Assembly (NCBI GenBank): GCA_016296505.1
Contig: JAEDJD010000010.1
Location: 18,119 to 82,118 of the forward strand
DNA: 64,000 nucleotides
Direction: 5' to 3'
Source: Oscillospiraceae bacterium
GTDB lineage: Bacteria > Bacillota > Clostridia > Oscillospirales > Ruminococcaceae
The translations under genes and the position numbers were made by a program. Position 1 is the stretch's first letter. Every line of letters begins with the position of its first letter. The notes under the pieces were generated by a model, which did no database searches, was not told the origin of the DNA, and worked only from the letters and a program-made list of their open reading frames with translations. Below, one piece after another: positions 35,894 through 46,047 of this stretch.

Positions 35894-37971
35894 AACGGTC
35901 TCTCATAGCCGCAATCCGGCTTTTCACAGATCAGCTTTCCGGCTCTGCCGCCCTTTTTGAAAAGCGTATTCTTGCATTTCGGGCAGCGATCCTCGACCGG
36001 CGTGCTCCATGTCATGAAATTGCACTCCGGATATCCCTCACAGCCATAGAAGCTGCGACCCTTTTTGGATTTTTTGAGGATAATTTTCTTGCCGCAAATC
36101 GGACAGAAGCCCTTTGTCGGCGTAACGATTTTCTTTGTATTCCGGCAATCCGGAAAACCGGAGCAAGCAAGGAATTTACCAAATCTGCCGATTTTAATTA
36201 CCATCGGTTTCCCGCACAGATCGCAGATTTCATCGGTTTCCTCATCCGGTACGCGCAGACGCTTACCGTCCATTGCTTTTTCGGCATTTTCCAATGTTTT
36301 CTCAAAATTATCGTAGAATTTCCGCAGAGATTCCACCCAATCGGTCTTGCCCTGTTCCACACCATCGAGATCGGATTCCATTTCAGCGGTAAATTTAACA
36401 TCGACGATCTGCTTAAACTGATCCTTCATCAGCTCCGTTGTCACTTCGCCGAGGGAAGTCGGCTTGAGCTGTTTGCCGTCGCGTTCGACATACATCCGCG
36501 AAAGGATCGTGCCGACCGTAGCCGCATAGGTACTCGGTCTGCCGATACCGTTTTCTTCGAGCGCCTTGATGAGCGTTGCTTCGGTATAACGAGAAGGCGG
36601 CTGTGTAAAGTGCTGATTGCCGTCCAGTGTTTTGAGCTTCAGCAAATCGCCCTCGGTCAGCGGAGGCAGTTCCTTATTATCCTCATCGTTCTGGGCACCG
36701 TCCTTCGCCTCGACATACAGCTTTGTAAATCCTTCAAACTTGACACTATAGCCGGACGCGCGGAACAAACAGTTATTTGCAGTAATTTCCGCAGAAACCG
36801 TATCGAGCTGACAATTCGCCATCTGACTTGCGATAAAGCGCTCCCAAATGAGCTTATAGAGCTTGTACTGATCGGTTGTAAGGCTATCCTTCACCTGATC
36901 GGGCGTCAGATCCGGCATGGAGGGACGAATCGCCTCATGCGCGTCCTGCGCGCCTTTTTTGGTCTTGAAGTTACGCGGCGTTGTCGGCAGATATTGCTTG
37001 CCATACGTTTCGCGGATATAGTTAGCGGCGGTTGCCTTCGCCTCGTCAGAGATACGCAGACTATCGGTACGCATATAGGTAATCAGACCAACCGCACCGA
37101 GCGTCGGAATCTCCACGCCTTCATAGAGTTCCTGCGCAGCTTTCATCGTGCGCCGTGCCTGAAATCCCATACGGCGTGAAGCTTCCTGCTGAAGCGTCGA
37201 GGTAATGAACGGAGGCGCAGGCTGTCTGCTCGTCACACGCTTTTTAACGGATTTAACAGTAAAATCGGCGCCCTCCAGCATTTTGAGAATCTGATCGGCG
37301 TCCTCGCCGGAAGCAAGCTCTGCTTTTTTTCCGTCCACTTCCGCGAGATGCGCCGCAAAAATCTTACGTGAAGATTTAGCGGTCAATTTTGCGTCAATCG
37401 ACCAGTATTCGCGCGGCTGAAACGCACGGATTTCATTTTCTCTGTCCACAACCAGCCGCACCGCGACCGACTGTACTCTGCCGGCGGAAAGACCGCGGCG
37501 GATCTTGCGCCAGAGGAACGGGCTGAGCTGATAACCAACAATTCGGTCAAGAATTCGGCGAGCCTGCTGCGCATTCACCAGATCGAGATCAATCTTATGC
37601 GGATTGGACATACCGGTCTGCACGCCGGTTTTGGTAATTTCATTGAATTCAACGCGGTTATTCTGCTCGGTATCAAGACCAAGAAGCTGCGCCAGATGCC
37701 ATGAAATCGCTTCACCCTCGCGATCCGGGTCCGTTGCGAGCCAGACGCGCGAGCTTTTTTCCGCACGCGATTTCAGATCTTTGATGACATCCTCTTTGCC
37801 CTTCATCTCAATATAAGTCGGCTCAAAATTATGCGCAATATCCACGCTGAGCTTAGACTTCGGCAGATCACGAACGTGTCCCATAGAAGCGACAACTTCA
37901 AATCCATTTCCGAGATATTTCTGAATTGTTTTCGCCTTTGCAGGCGACTCAACGATCACAAGTTCTGACAT
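35890..37971 (-). CDS. topA: DNA topoisomerase I
   Basis: 'LVIVESPAKAKTI' Toprim, active-site region 'ITYMRTDS', C-terminal Cys4 zinc ribbons. Start at ATG 37971. Confidence 0.96.
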   Translation of the reverse strand: MSELVIVESPAKAKTIQKYLGNGFEVVASMGHVRDLPKSKLSVDIAHNFEPTYIEMKGKEDVIKDLKSRAEKSSRVWLATDPDREGEAISWHLAQLLGLDTEQNNRVEFNEITKTGVQTGMSNPHKIDLDLVNAQQARRILDRIVGYQLSPFLWRKIRRGLSAGRVQSVAVRLVVDRENEIRAFQPREYWSIDAKLTAKSSRKIFAAHLAEVDGKKAELASGEDADQILKMLEGADFTVKSVKKRVTSRQPAPPFITSTLQQEASRRMGFQARRTMKAAQELYEGVEIPTLGAVGLITYMRTDSLRISDEAKATAANYIRETYGKQYLPTTPRNFKTKKGAQDAHEAIRPSMPDLTPDQVKDSLTTDQYKLYKLIWERFIASQMANCQLDTVSAEITANNCLFRASGYSVKFEGFTKLYVEAKDGAQNDEDNKELPPLTEGDLLKLKTLDGNQHFTQPPSRYTEATLIKALEENGIGRPSTYAATVGTILSRMYVERDGKQLKPTSLGEVTTELMKDQFKQIVDVKFTAEMESDLDGVEQGKTDWVESLRKFYDNFEKTLENAEKAMDGKRLRVPDEETDEICDLCGKPMVIKIGRFGKFLACSGFPDCRNTKKIVTPTKGFCPICGKKIILKKSKKGRSFYGCEGYPECNFMTWSTPVEDRCPKCKNTLFKKGGRAGKLICEKPDCGYERPL

Positions 37972-38026
37972 AATTCTAATCCTTCCCCGCGGCGTTCCGC
38001 CCGATTGCAAAAGTCATCTGCGCAGA

Positions 38027-39286
38027 TCAGATTGCCCTGAAATGCTTCCCGAACAGCGTTTCCACGAAGCCATCCAGTTCCAGCAAGGTCAGCTCACTGA
38101 GCAGAGTTGAAAGATCCATATCCAGCGCTGCCGCGATATCATCCGCATAGGTATCGCCGCATTCACGCAGATACTGCACAATAGCCCTGCCTGTTTCACT
38201 TTCAGGCAGCGGTTTCTCATCCATTCGCGGAACCGGCTGTGCAGATTGATCCGTTTCCGGTGCAAAGTGATTCTTTGCAGGATGATGCGTATTCGGCAGC
38301 GCAGAAGTCTTTTCGGATTCCGGCTTTGCATAGACAAGCCGTTCCGAAGTCCGGATTTCCGCGTCCGGCTGCTGCATATACTGCGGATGCCGGCTGTAAT
38401 AGGTCAGCAGCACATCCTCATAACTCATCAGCGGATACGCGCCATCACGCAGCAGCGAAATCACGCCCTGATAACGCACATCAAAAACATCGGCAGGCGG
38501 TACGCAGTAGAGCGTGCGGCCCTGTTCAGACGCATATTGTGCGGTACTGAGCGAACCGCTGCGCTCTGCCGCTTCCATAACGGCAGTTGCCTCGCAAAGT
38601 CCGCTGAGAATACGGTTCCGGCGTGGAAAATTCGCCGGAAAAGGCTGCGTCCCCGGCAAAAATTCCGAAACCAGCAAGCCATTTCCGCCGGAGAGCATCT
38701 GTTCCCGAAGCGCCTGATGCTCACGCGGATAATTGACGTTAATCCCGCAGCCGAGTACCGCGATTGTCGAGCCGCCGTTCTCCAGCGCCGCGGTATGCGC
38801 AATACCGTCCACACCCTTTGCAAATCCGCTGACAATCACAAAGTCTCTGCGGCTCAATTCCCTGACAATATACTGCGTCACGCGTTCCGTATAGGGCGAG
38901 GGGCGGCGCGTGCCGACAACGGTAAGGCTAAGCGGCCGACGAAGCAAATTGAGATTGCCCTTTGCCGTCAGCAGAACTGGCGGCGTTCCGATATTCCGCA
39001 ATGCCGGCGGATATTCCTCGGAATCAATCGGCAGCAGTGCAATACCATGACTGCGGCAGTAATATGCGATACTTTCTGCCTCGCCGAGTGAATGCTCGGT
39101 CATAGACTTTTGCAGTGCAGGCGGCAGATCATGATATCGTCCTGTCTGCATCGCTTCATAAACATCACGAGGCGAATCCACATACTGCAAATAGAACAGC
39201 AGTCTTGAGCTGCCTGCGCCGAATACCAATGCAAGCCAAATCCAATATCGCAGCATTTCCGGATCGACGTTCTGACGTATTTCCAT
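38027..39286 (-). CDS. dprA: DNA processing protein DprA
   Basis: Rossmann core 'VSGFAKGVDGIAHTAAL...TIAVLGCGINV.YP' and C-terminal winged-helix tail. Confidence 0.88.
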   Translation of the reverse strand: MEIRQNVDPEMLRYWIWLALVFGAGSSRLLFYLQYVDSPRDVYEAMQTGRYHDLPPALQKSMTEHSLGEAESIAYYCRSHGIALLPIDSEEYPPALRNIGTPPVLLTAKGNLNLLRRPLSLTVVGTRRPSPYTERVTQYIVRELSRRDFVIVSGFAKGVDGIAHTAALENGGSTIAVLGCGINVNYPREHQALREQMLSGGNGLLVSEFLPGTQPFPANFPRRNRILSGLCEATAVMEAAERSGSLSTAQYASEQGRTLYCVPPADVFDVRYQGVISLLRDGAYPLMSYEDVLLTYYSRHPQYMQQPDAEIRTSERLVYAKPESEKTSALPNTHHPAKNHFAPETDQSAQPVPRMDEKPLPESETGRAIVQYLRECGDTYADDIAAALDMDLSTLLSELTLLELDGFVETLFGKHFRAI

Positions 39287-39315
39287 ATCCGCACCGCCTT
39301 TCGCGCAAAAAGTTC

Positions 39316-40131
39316 TCAGCTCTTCGTCATTTCCCAGAGAAACAATCCGGCAGCCATCGCAGCATTGAGCGAATTGGACGCCGGTGCCATCGGGATCGTC
39401 AATCGCTTCTCACAAGCCATGCTGACCTCCGCAGGCAGACCGTTCCCCTCGTTGCCGATCAAGACGACCGCGCCGCGGCAAAAGTCATATGAGCCAAGCG
39501 ATTGCGCGTCCCTGTCCACTACGGCGGCGCAGGTCGGGAGCGAAACTGTACGGCAATGCGCAAAAAACGCGTCCATATCGACAATCCGCATCAGCGGCAG
39601 ACGGAACATTGCGCCCATACTGCTGCGGATTGTTTTCGGATTATACAGATCGCAGCACTGAAACAGGTACAAGCCATCCGTGCCCAGCGCCTCAGCCGTC
39701 CGAAGAATGGCGCCGAGATTCGAGGGATCCTGTACACAGTGCAGCAGCATATTCCGGCTGCCGTTCTGCGGAAGCGCGGCTGATTCCGGCAGCATTTCGC
39801 CGATGGCGAAAATACCCTGTGCGGTTTCGGTATCAGCGATCTCCTTGGCGAGCGCGTCCGAGATCAGGAGCGTCTGTGCAGGCAGCGGATTCTCTGCAAA
39901 ATCCGCACAGTACATTCCCTTGGCCTTTTCGGTCCAGAGCAGCGCACGCAGCTTCACACCAGACTGTACAGCATCCAGAATCAAACGGCTGCCTTCCATA
40001 GCAAAAGCACGATTCTTCTCGCGAAACGTGCGACTTCGATTGAGGTTTGCAAAGAGCTTTACGGTCTTATTTCCGGTACCTATTTGCAAAATCTCCGCAT
40101 TCTGCGGCATACGGCAGCGCTCCCTTCTCAA
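39316..40131 (-). CDS. TrmH/SpoU-family RNA 2'-O-methyltransferase
   Basis: SpoU motifs 'DPSNLGAILRTAEALG', 'VLIGNEGNGL' and 'IPMAPASNSLNAAMAAG'. The true start may be internal (M at 40110). Confidence 0.8.
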   Translation of the reverse strand: MRRERCRMPQNAEILQIGTGNKTVKLFANLNRSRTFREKNRAFAMEGSRLILDAVQSGVKLRALLWTEKAKGMYCADFAENPLPAQTLLISDALAKEIADTETAQGIFAIGEMLPESAALPQNGSRNMLLHCVQDPSNLGAILRTAEALGTDGLYLFQCCDLYNPKTIRSSMGAMFRLPLMRIVDMDAFFAHCRTVSLPTCAAVVDRDAQSLGSYDFCRGAVVLIGNEGNGLPAEVSMACEKRLTIPMAPASNSLNAAMAAGLFLWEMTKS

Positions 40132-40140
40132 GTCTTATAA

Positions 40141-40181
40141 CAAACACAAACACGCTCTAACGATTCCGAGAGAGCGTGTTT
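40141..40181 (-). terminator. terminator after rplT
   Basis: AACACGCTCT / AGAGCGTGTT stem followed on the minus strand by TGTGTTTG. Confidence 0.55.
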
Positions 40182-40192
40182 GATATCATGCA

Positions 40193-40546
40193 TTACAGAG
40201 CAGCCTTTGCCTTTTCAGCAATTGCAGTGAAGCCAGCGGGATCGTGAATCGCAATCTCGGAGAGCATCTTACGATTCAGGGTGATGCCAGCCTTATTGCA
40301 GCCGTTCATGAACGTAGAATAGTTCATGCCATTGAGCTTGCAAGCTGCAGAAATACGGGTGATCCACAGTCTGCGGAAGAAACGCTTATTCTGCTTTCTG
40401 CCGATATAAGCATACTGACCGGACTTCATGACAGCCTGTTTTGCCATCTTGAAGTGCTTAGATTTGCTGCCCCAGTAGCCCTTTGCGAGCTTCAGGACCT
40501 TATTTCTTCTCTTGCGCGTCATCATAGCGCCCTTAATACGAGCCAT
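40193..40546 (-). CDS. rplT: 50S ribosomal protein L20
   Basis: '[26 protein letters not shown]'. Confidence 0.97.
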   Translation of the reverse strand: MARIKGAMMTRKRRNKVLKLAKGYWGSKSKHFKMAKQAVMKSGQYAYIGRKQNKRFFRRLWITRISAACKLNGMNYSTFMNGCNKAGITLNRKMLSEIAIHDPAGFTAIAEKAKAAL

Positions 40547-40620
40547 TTCGTTTTACCTCCGTAATCAATCGTCTGCCGCAGCATCTGCGGCATTCAGTTC
40601 AGTTTCAGTAAGGGTTCCGC

Positions 40621-40839
40621 TTACTTGTAAGGAACCATCTCGCGGATCGTTGCTGCATTCGCCACGCTTGCAACGCCGGTATTTCTAGCGATACGCTTAA
40701 CCTTCTTATCCTTCGATACGAGGCGATGACGCTTGTAAGCGTGCTGGAACTTGACCTTTCCGCTGCCGGTGACCTGAAAACGCTTTTTCGCACCGGAGTG
40801 AGTCTTAACCTTAATCTTTTTAACCTTAACGGCTGCCAT
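40621..40839 (-). CDS. rpmI: 50S ribosomal protein L35
   Basis: 'KVKTHSGAKKRF..TGSGKVK...A.K.H'. ATG 40839 with SD AAGGAGGA. Confidence 0.93.
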   Translation of the reverse strand: MAAVKVKKIKVKTHSGAKKRFQVTGSGKVKFQHAYKRHRLVSKDKKVKRIARNTGVASVANAATIREMVPYK

Positions 40840-40933
40840 GGATTCGTCCTCCTTGTAATTTCGTTGTAATATGATAACGTCAGGCAATGCGCACATTGCT
40901 GCTCACAGACGCTGCATATCCTTCATTTTTCAC

Positions 40934-41521
40934 TTATTCTGCCGATTTTTCGGCATTCGCCTCCTGCTGCTTCTGCTTTTTGGCTGATTTATCAGCTTTT
41001 TCCGGCTTATTCTGCTTCGGAGACATAAACATTACGATCGCTCTGCCTTCCATTTTCGGCGGTTTATCGACCACAGCAACGTCGCCGATCTCATCGCGAT
41101 AACGGTTGAGCAGCTCCTCGCCCAGATGCGGATGTGCAATGGCACGCTTCCGGAACCGCACAGAAACCTTCACCTTATCGCCGCCCTGCAAGAATTTCTT
41201 ACCCTGTGCGACCTTGGTTTCAAAGTCATGCGTATCAATCGCGGAGAACATACGAATCTCCTTAATTTCCACAGTATGCTGATTCTTCCGTGCTTCCTTC
41301 TCGCGTTTCTGCTGCTCAAAACAATATTTGCCATAGTCCATAACGCGGCAGACAGGCGGCGTCGCCTGCGGCGCGATCTTGACCAGATCGAGATTCTGAT
41401 CGTATGCGAGCTTCTGTGCGTCCTTGGCGGACATCACGCCTTTTTTCTCGCCATCCGCGTCGATCACGAGCACCTCACGGTCACGGATCTCCTCATTGAT
41501 TTGCAGTTCCTGCTTGCTAAT
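40934..41521 (-). CDS. infC: translation initiation factor IF-3 (AUU start)
   Basis: 'INEEIRDREVLVIDADGEKKGVM...' and 'PPVCRVMDYGKY'. SD AAGGAGGTG lies 7 nt upstream of ATT at 41521-41519. The track's TTG at 41527 is only 1 nt from the SD. Confidence 0.9.
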   Translation of the reverse strand: MSKQELQINEEIRDREVLVIDADGEKKGVMSAKDAQKLAYDQNLDLVKIAPQATPPVCRVMDYGKYCFEQQKREKEARKNQHTVEIKEIRMFSAIDTHDFETKVAQGKKFLQGGDKVKVSVRFRKRAIAHPHLGEELLNRYRDEIGDVAVVDKPPKMEGRAIVMFMSPKQNKPEKADKSAKKQKQQEANAEKSAE

Positions 41522-41551
41522 TGCCAAGCACCTCCTTAAAAAGTTTCAAGA

Positions 41552-41600
41552 AAACAAAAAACAGAGAGTGCAGAACGGATTTCCCGCTGCTCTCTCTGCT
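41552..41600 (-). terminator. leader attenuator hairpin upstream of infC (candidate L20-leader terminator)
   Basis: Minus strand: CAGAGAGAGCAGCGG..CCGTTCTGCACTCTCTG (7+4+3 bp stem) followed by TTTTTTGTTTT. It ends about 15-20 nt upstream of the infC SD (about 30 nt upstream of the ATT start). Confidence 0.6.
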
Positions 41601-41782
41601 CATGGACATATCAACTCACATTGCGATTTTCCGCATTGCGATCTTTGAGATCATGAATCAGATTACCGTTTTGCATTTTGCTGACGGTGAGAACCGGAGT
41701 TCCGCTTGCAATCCTTATTTATTTTACATGATTGCGGCATAAAAGTCAAGTTACGCCGCCGCAATTTGTCGCACTGCACAAA

Positions 41783-43672
41783 TCACACTGGGAATTCCTC
41801 AATGATTTTTGCAATATATTTCAGAATCATAACGACATCACCACTCGAAAGACCGGAAACGCCGTCGCAATCCGCATTTTTCTTACCCTGCGACGTTACA
41901 ACAGCAGCTGCGTCCTCCGCGTGAAAGCGTGCGAGCAGCACCGCGTCCGAAACATCGACCTTTTCATCGCAGTTGACATCTCCATGCTGAACGCTTTGCG
42001 GTTCTGTTTCGGTTACGGTAGTTGTTGTAGTTTCCGCAGAAGTCGAGGTGGTAGTTGTCGTGGTAGTCGTGGTGGTAGTTGTTGTGGCGGTTGTAGGCGT
42101 AGTTGTATCGGCAGGCTTTTCGGCAACCGCCGCAAAATAGTTCACACAGTTCTGCGAAGTGAAATTGCTGCCGAGCGTAACAGTCTCGTCCTTCTTCACA
42201 TCGCGGACAAAGACGGTAAATTCCTCGCCGTTCGAGCTGAACAGCTGCGTCCGCATATGGGTATAATCCTTGAGCCAGCTTGCCTGAATCTGATCGCTGG
42301 AGAGTCCCTGAATCACGCGCACATCCATAAATACGCTCAGCGTCAGATCCTCTGCGGCGGTCAGCGTCGCCAGATCGCCGGAATACTTCTTGGAATCGCA
42401 CGCGGTTTTGATATACTCTGCGCCCGAATTATAACTGCTGTTTCCGTCAGCGGTGACTGTATAATCGCGGTCGCCGAAGATCTTGCAGCCAACGCCGAAA
42501 TCCGGTTCAATGCCCCAGTTGCCGCCGTTTGCGGTATCATTGACAACAAGCTTTGCAATCAGCTTACCGGAGTATTCCGGCTTCTGTTCGGGCTGCTCCG
42601 GCGGATCGGACGATCCATCGGTCGGCAGCAGCGACAGATTCACGACATTTTTACCCCAGTTGCCGTACCACGCATAGCCGGTTCTGCGTTCCTTTGAAAT
42701 CTCCATGACATCGTAGTGCACAGAACTGTCACGATCGGAAAACAGTGGACGATCGGTACCGATTTCATAAAATCTTGCCCACAACGGCGAGGCATTCGCA
42801 TTTTGTCTGACAATTTTATCGTCGCCGGACTTCACGAATTCGATGCCGTAGAGCGTCACCTTTTTGAACCATTCGATCGCGGTATTGACAGATTTACGAA
42901 TATCGGTTCGCGAGGGATTCTCCTTTGCATACTGATAGAGGAAATTGATTACGCCGGCGCTTTCGCTTGTACAATTCGATGGCAGTTCATAGGCGCGCGC
43001 AGAGGTTGGCTTGAGAGAATACTCGTCATGCTGCTGACACCATGCCGCACCGGGAATCTGCATATCGAGCAGACATTGAACCCCTTTATTCAGCGACTCC
43101 TTCGCTTTTTGCGCATAGCTGTCGCTGATCGCGGTAAAGTCGCCGGATTTGCCGCTCATTTCCTTCATAATCTGCAATACGTGAATATACGCGCCGTCAT
43201 TGAGCGTAATATGCGCGTGATACGATCCGGGCGTATTCAGGCACTGCATCCAGCCGCCATTGCTGTACTGCATTTTGAACAGACAGTCCACGCCGCGCAT
43301 GGCGCAGTCGAGATATTTCTGCTGCCGTGTCTGCTGATAGGCGCGCATCAGAAAGCGAATCTGCGAAGTTGTCGCGTCATTGTCGATGGTAGAATGCGCC
43401 CAGTCGCCGGTATGGGCAGTTGTCATGCCTTTCTGCCAGCCGCCCTCGTTTGCAACCTGATACTGAATACATTCGTCTGCGATCTTGAGCGCCTCGCTGC
43501 TGCCGAACCAGCTCGCGTCATTTTTCAGATAGGTCTTCCAAGGATAATCCTCCTCGGCGGCATAAACCGTTGCAGCATAATCGGGTGCGATAAAATGCTC
43601 CGGCATAATTGCCGCCGCACTGCTCATCAGCAGCATCGCTGAACACAGTCCTGCAATCCATTTTTTCTTCAT
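41783..43672 (-). CDS. pectate lyase (PL10, PelA/Pel-15E type) - beta-sandwich module - dockerin
   Basis: Signal peptide MKKKWIAGLCSAMLLMSSAAA. 'QVANEGGWQKG...STIDNDATTSQIRFL...QYSNGGW' is PL10-like. An unassigned module of about 150 aa, then a Thr-rich linker. Dockerin 'GDVNCDEKVDVSDAVLLARF...NADCDGVSGLSSGDVVMILKYI'. Confidence 0.7.
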   Translation of the reverse strand: MKKKWIAGLCSAMLLMSSAAAIMPEHFIAPDYAATVYAAEEDYPWKTYLKNDASWFGSSEALKIADECIQYQVANEGGWQKGMTTAHTGDWAHSTIDNDATTSQIRFLMRAYQQTRQQKYLDCAMRGVDCLFKMQYSNGGWMQCLNTPGSYHAHITLNDGAYIHVLQIMKEMSGKSGDFTAISDSYAQKAKESLNKGVQCLLDMQIPGAAWCQQHDEYSLKPTSARAYELPSNCTSESAGVINFLYQYAKENPSRTDIRKSVNTAIEWFKKVTLYGIEFVKSGDDKIVRQNANASPLWARFYEIGTDRPLFSDRDSSVHYDVMEISKERRTGYAWYGNWGKNVVNLSLLPTDGSSDPPEQPEQKPEYSGKLIAKLVVNDTANGGNWGIEPDFGVGCKIFGDRDYTVTADGNSSYNSGAEYIKTACDSKKYSGDLATLTAAEDLTLSVFMDVRVIQGLSSDQIQASWLKDYTHMRTQLFSSNGEEFTVFVRDVKKDETVTLGSNFTSQNCVNYFAAVAEKPADTTTPTTATTTTTTTTTTTTTSTSAETTTTTVTETEPQSVQHGDVNCDEKVDVSDAVLLARFHAEDAAAVVTSQGKKNADCDGVSGLSSGDVVMILKYIAKIIEEFPV

Positions 43673-43882
43673 AAAGCATCCCCCTATTTTCCAAATATCA
43701 TATGGCGGTATATTTTCTGATTTGATTATAACGGCTGCAACATCAAATTGCAAGTATCAAATATCGCCGTTCTATGATAGATTGTATCAAAGATGAATCT
43801 GTCGCTGTACGGATACGGCATGGAATTATTTTCATTCACAGAATGTTTATAAAGTTGTACATATCTTTTCTCTGTATTATCG

Positions 43883-43911
43883 TTGACTTTTCAGCGCATT
43901 TGTGATATTAT
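43883..43911 (+). promoter_or_regulatory. sigma-A promoter of the GGDEF gene
   Basis: TTGACT, 17 nt spacer, TATTAT. Confidence 0.5.
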
Positions 43912-43962
43912 ATATATGTATACAATTTTCTACGTAAATTCTATGAAAAGGAGTGAACGCTG

Positions 43963-45447
43963 ATGCTAGGCGTAATCCTATCCGGTATCCTGATCGTTGG
44001 GCTTGCGCTGACCGGCGCTTCTGTCATTATGATTCTGACAGATCAGCATGAAACCTCATTGCGTGAATTTGCAATTCTCGGTTTATTTTGCTCCATTCTG
44101 ATTATGCTTTCCTACTATGTCGAACTGAATACGCCAGGCTTTGCCGCCAAGGTAGACGCCGTCAAATTCGGCTATGTCGGCAGAGTTTTCGTCAATCCGC
44201 TTCTGTTGATACTTGCGGTGCGGTATTATGAAGCAAAGGTCGGCAGATTATGGCAATATCTGCTCTATCTGATTCCGTTGATCACACTCTATCTTGTCTT
44301 TACCTACGAAGACAACCATCTCTTTTACTCGGATGTGACGCTCGGCGCAGACGGACTGCTGCATATCGTTCCAGGCTCTGTATATTATATTTATATTGCA
44401 TATAATACCATTCTTGCAATGGTCTACATCAGTTTTTGTCTCTATCAGCGACCGTCGCTCCGCAAGCGCGAAAAGCAAAACAATACAATTCTGCTGCTTG
44501 CCTGTATCATACCGTTTTTCTTGCTCCTGATTTATCTGGCAGGTTGGTCATACGGCTACGACATCGCTGCAATCGGCATCACGATTGCCTCGCTGCTTGT
44601 GACGTTTTCGATTTTCCGTTACGGTCTGCTCAATAAAGAGGAAATGCTTCAGAATATGGCAACAGGACTTGTATTCCTCGACAGCGAATATCGGCTTGTC
44701 TATGCAAATCGCAAGGCTATACAGCTCATTCCGGCGCTTGGAATGCCGCTTGTACATTCGCAGCGCTTCGACCTAAAGCAGCTCTGTTCTGAGAAATATG
44801 CGACGATTCAGGTCGGTACAGATACCTATCAGCGTAAAATTACCGAGTTTACAAACGGAGAGGGACAGCACGGCAAGCTGCTGACCTTCGACGATATCAC
44901 GGAGATTCGTTCCCGTCTGAACCGTGATCTGATGACGGGATTGCTCAATCACGCTTCCTTCTACCCCATGCTGGACGACGCCATGACAGCAGCAAATCAA
45001 AAGAATTTGCCGCTGACGGTCTCCATTGCTGATATTGACAGCTTCAAGCGCGTGAACGATACCTACGGACACGCAAACGGCGATATTGTTCTCACCACGC
45101 TGGCGCAGACGCTCCAAAAAATCTGTGACGGTCACGGCGATGTTTTCCGTTACGGCGGCGAAGAATTTGCAGTCATTTTCCATGGCGATCTGGCTTATGC
45201 AGAGGAGATCATGGCAAAGGCGTTCAGCGAATTCTCCGAAATTGATTTTGATTTTCTGCCGTATCATGTGACATTCAGCTTTGGCAGCGCGGAATTTAAC
45301 CGGCTTGAAACATCGGTTGCGCTCTTTGAACGCGCCGATCAGAAAATGTATACGCGAAAAAAAGCCCTGCACGCAAGAGAACGCGCCGCAGCAGCCGCGA
45401 AAGACAGCGAAATACAGCCTGAAAACGAAACCTGTGCGTATCGCTGA
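43963..45447 (+). CDS. membrane-bound diguanylate cyclase (7TM sensor + GGDEF)
   Basis: About 220 aa polytopic N-terminus, a linker, and a GGDEF domain with 'RYGGEEF' active site and 'DIDSFKRVND'. Confidence 0.85.
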   Translation: MLGVILSGILIVGLALTGASVIMILTDQHETSLREFAILGLFCSILIMLSYYVELNTPGFAAKVDAVKFGYVGRVFVNPLLLILAVRYYEAKVGRLWQYLLYLIPLITLYLVFTYEDNHLFYSDVTLGADGLLHIVPGSVYYIYIAYNTILAMVYISFCLYQRPSLRKREKQNNTILLLACIIPFFLLLIYLAGWSYGYDIAAIGITIASLLVTFSIFRYGLLNKEEMLQNMATGLVFLDSEYRLVYANRKAIQLIPALGMPLVHSQRFDLKQLCSEKYATIQVGTDTYQRKITEFTNGEGQHGKLLTFDDITEIRSRLNRDLMTGLLNHASFYPMLDDAMTAANQKNLPLTVSIADIDSFKRVNDTYGHANGDIVLTTLAQTLQKICDGHGDVFRYGGEEFAVIFHGDLAYAEEIMAKAFSEFSEIDFDFLPYHVTFSFGSAEFNRLETSVALFERADQKMYTRKKALHARERAAAAAKDSEIQPENETCAYR

Positions 45448-45474
45448 CTAAAATATCCAAGGAGGATTCATTCT

Positions 45475-46002
45475 ATGCTCGGTTCGGATTATCGGGAGTT
45501 GATCGTCCCGAAACTCGACAATCAAGGAAAAAAATATGGAATGCTCATAGGCGGTGCAGCTCTGACGATCGCCGCAGTCGCATTCTCGCTTGTAAGCGGA
45601 AAATTTCTGCTTTTGTTCATCGCAGCAGCATTCGCCTTCGGCACATGGTATTTCTGGATCAACAACAATATCGAATATGAATATATCATTTCCGGCGATG
45701 AACTGCAAATCACTAAAATTCTGGCGCAAAGCAAACGTAAGCCTCTGCTGACCGTATCCATCAAACAATTTACAGCTTTCGGAAAATTGCAGGAGGCAGA
45801 GCCGATTTCAGCTTCCGCAACAAAAGCGCTTGCCTGCTCCGCGCAGGATGATACGGCATTTTATGCCGACTTCGACCATGCGGATTACGGTCAGACCAGA
45901 CTCATCTGGACGCCGAACGATGACATTCTGCTCTATCTCGCCAAGCATCTCCCACGCACGCTCGGATTCCGCTGGGAAGCAACCTCAACGACCGACGCGT
46001 AA
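45475..46002 (+). CDS. hypothetical two-TM membrane protein
   Basis: SD AAGGAGG. 175 aa. No family assigned with confidence. Confidence 0.5.
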   Translation: MLGSDYRELIVPKLDNQGKKYGMLIGGAALTIAAVAFSLVSGKFLLLFIAAAFAFGTWYFWINNNIEYEYIISGDELQITKILAQSKRKPLLTVSIKQFTAFGKLQEAEPISASATKALACSAQDDTAFYADFDHADYGQTRLIWTPNDDILLYLAKHLPRTLGFRWEATSTTDA

Positions 46003-46047
46003 TACGAAGCAATATAATTATAATATATAAAACAAAAGGAGTATCCT

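Noticed and set aside
41732-42697. 321-aa plus-strand ORF with Cys/Arg/Gly-rich stretches.
   Set aside because: It is antisense to the PL10-dockerin gene. The odd composition is the complement of the Thr-rich linker codons.
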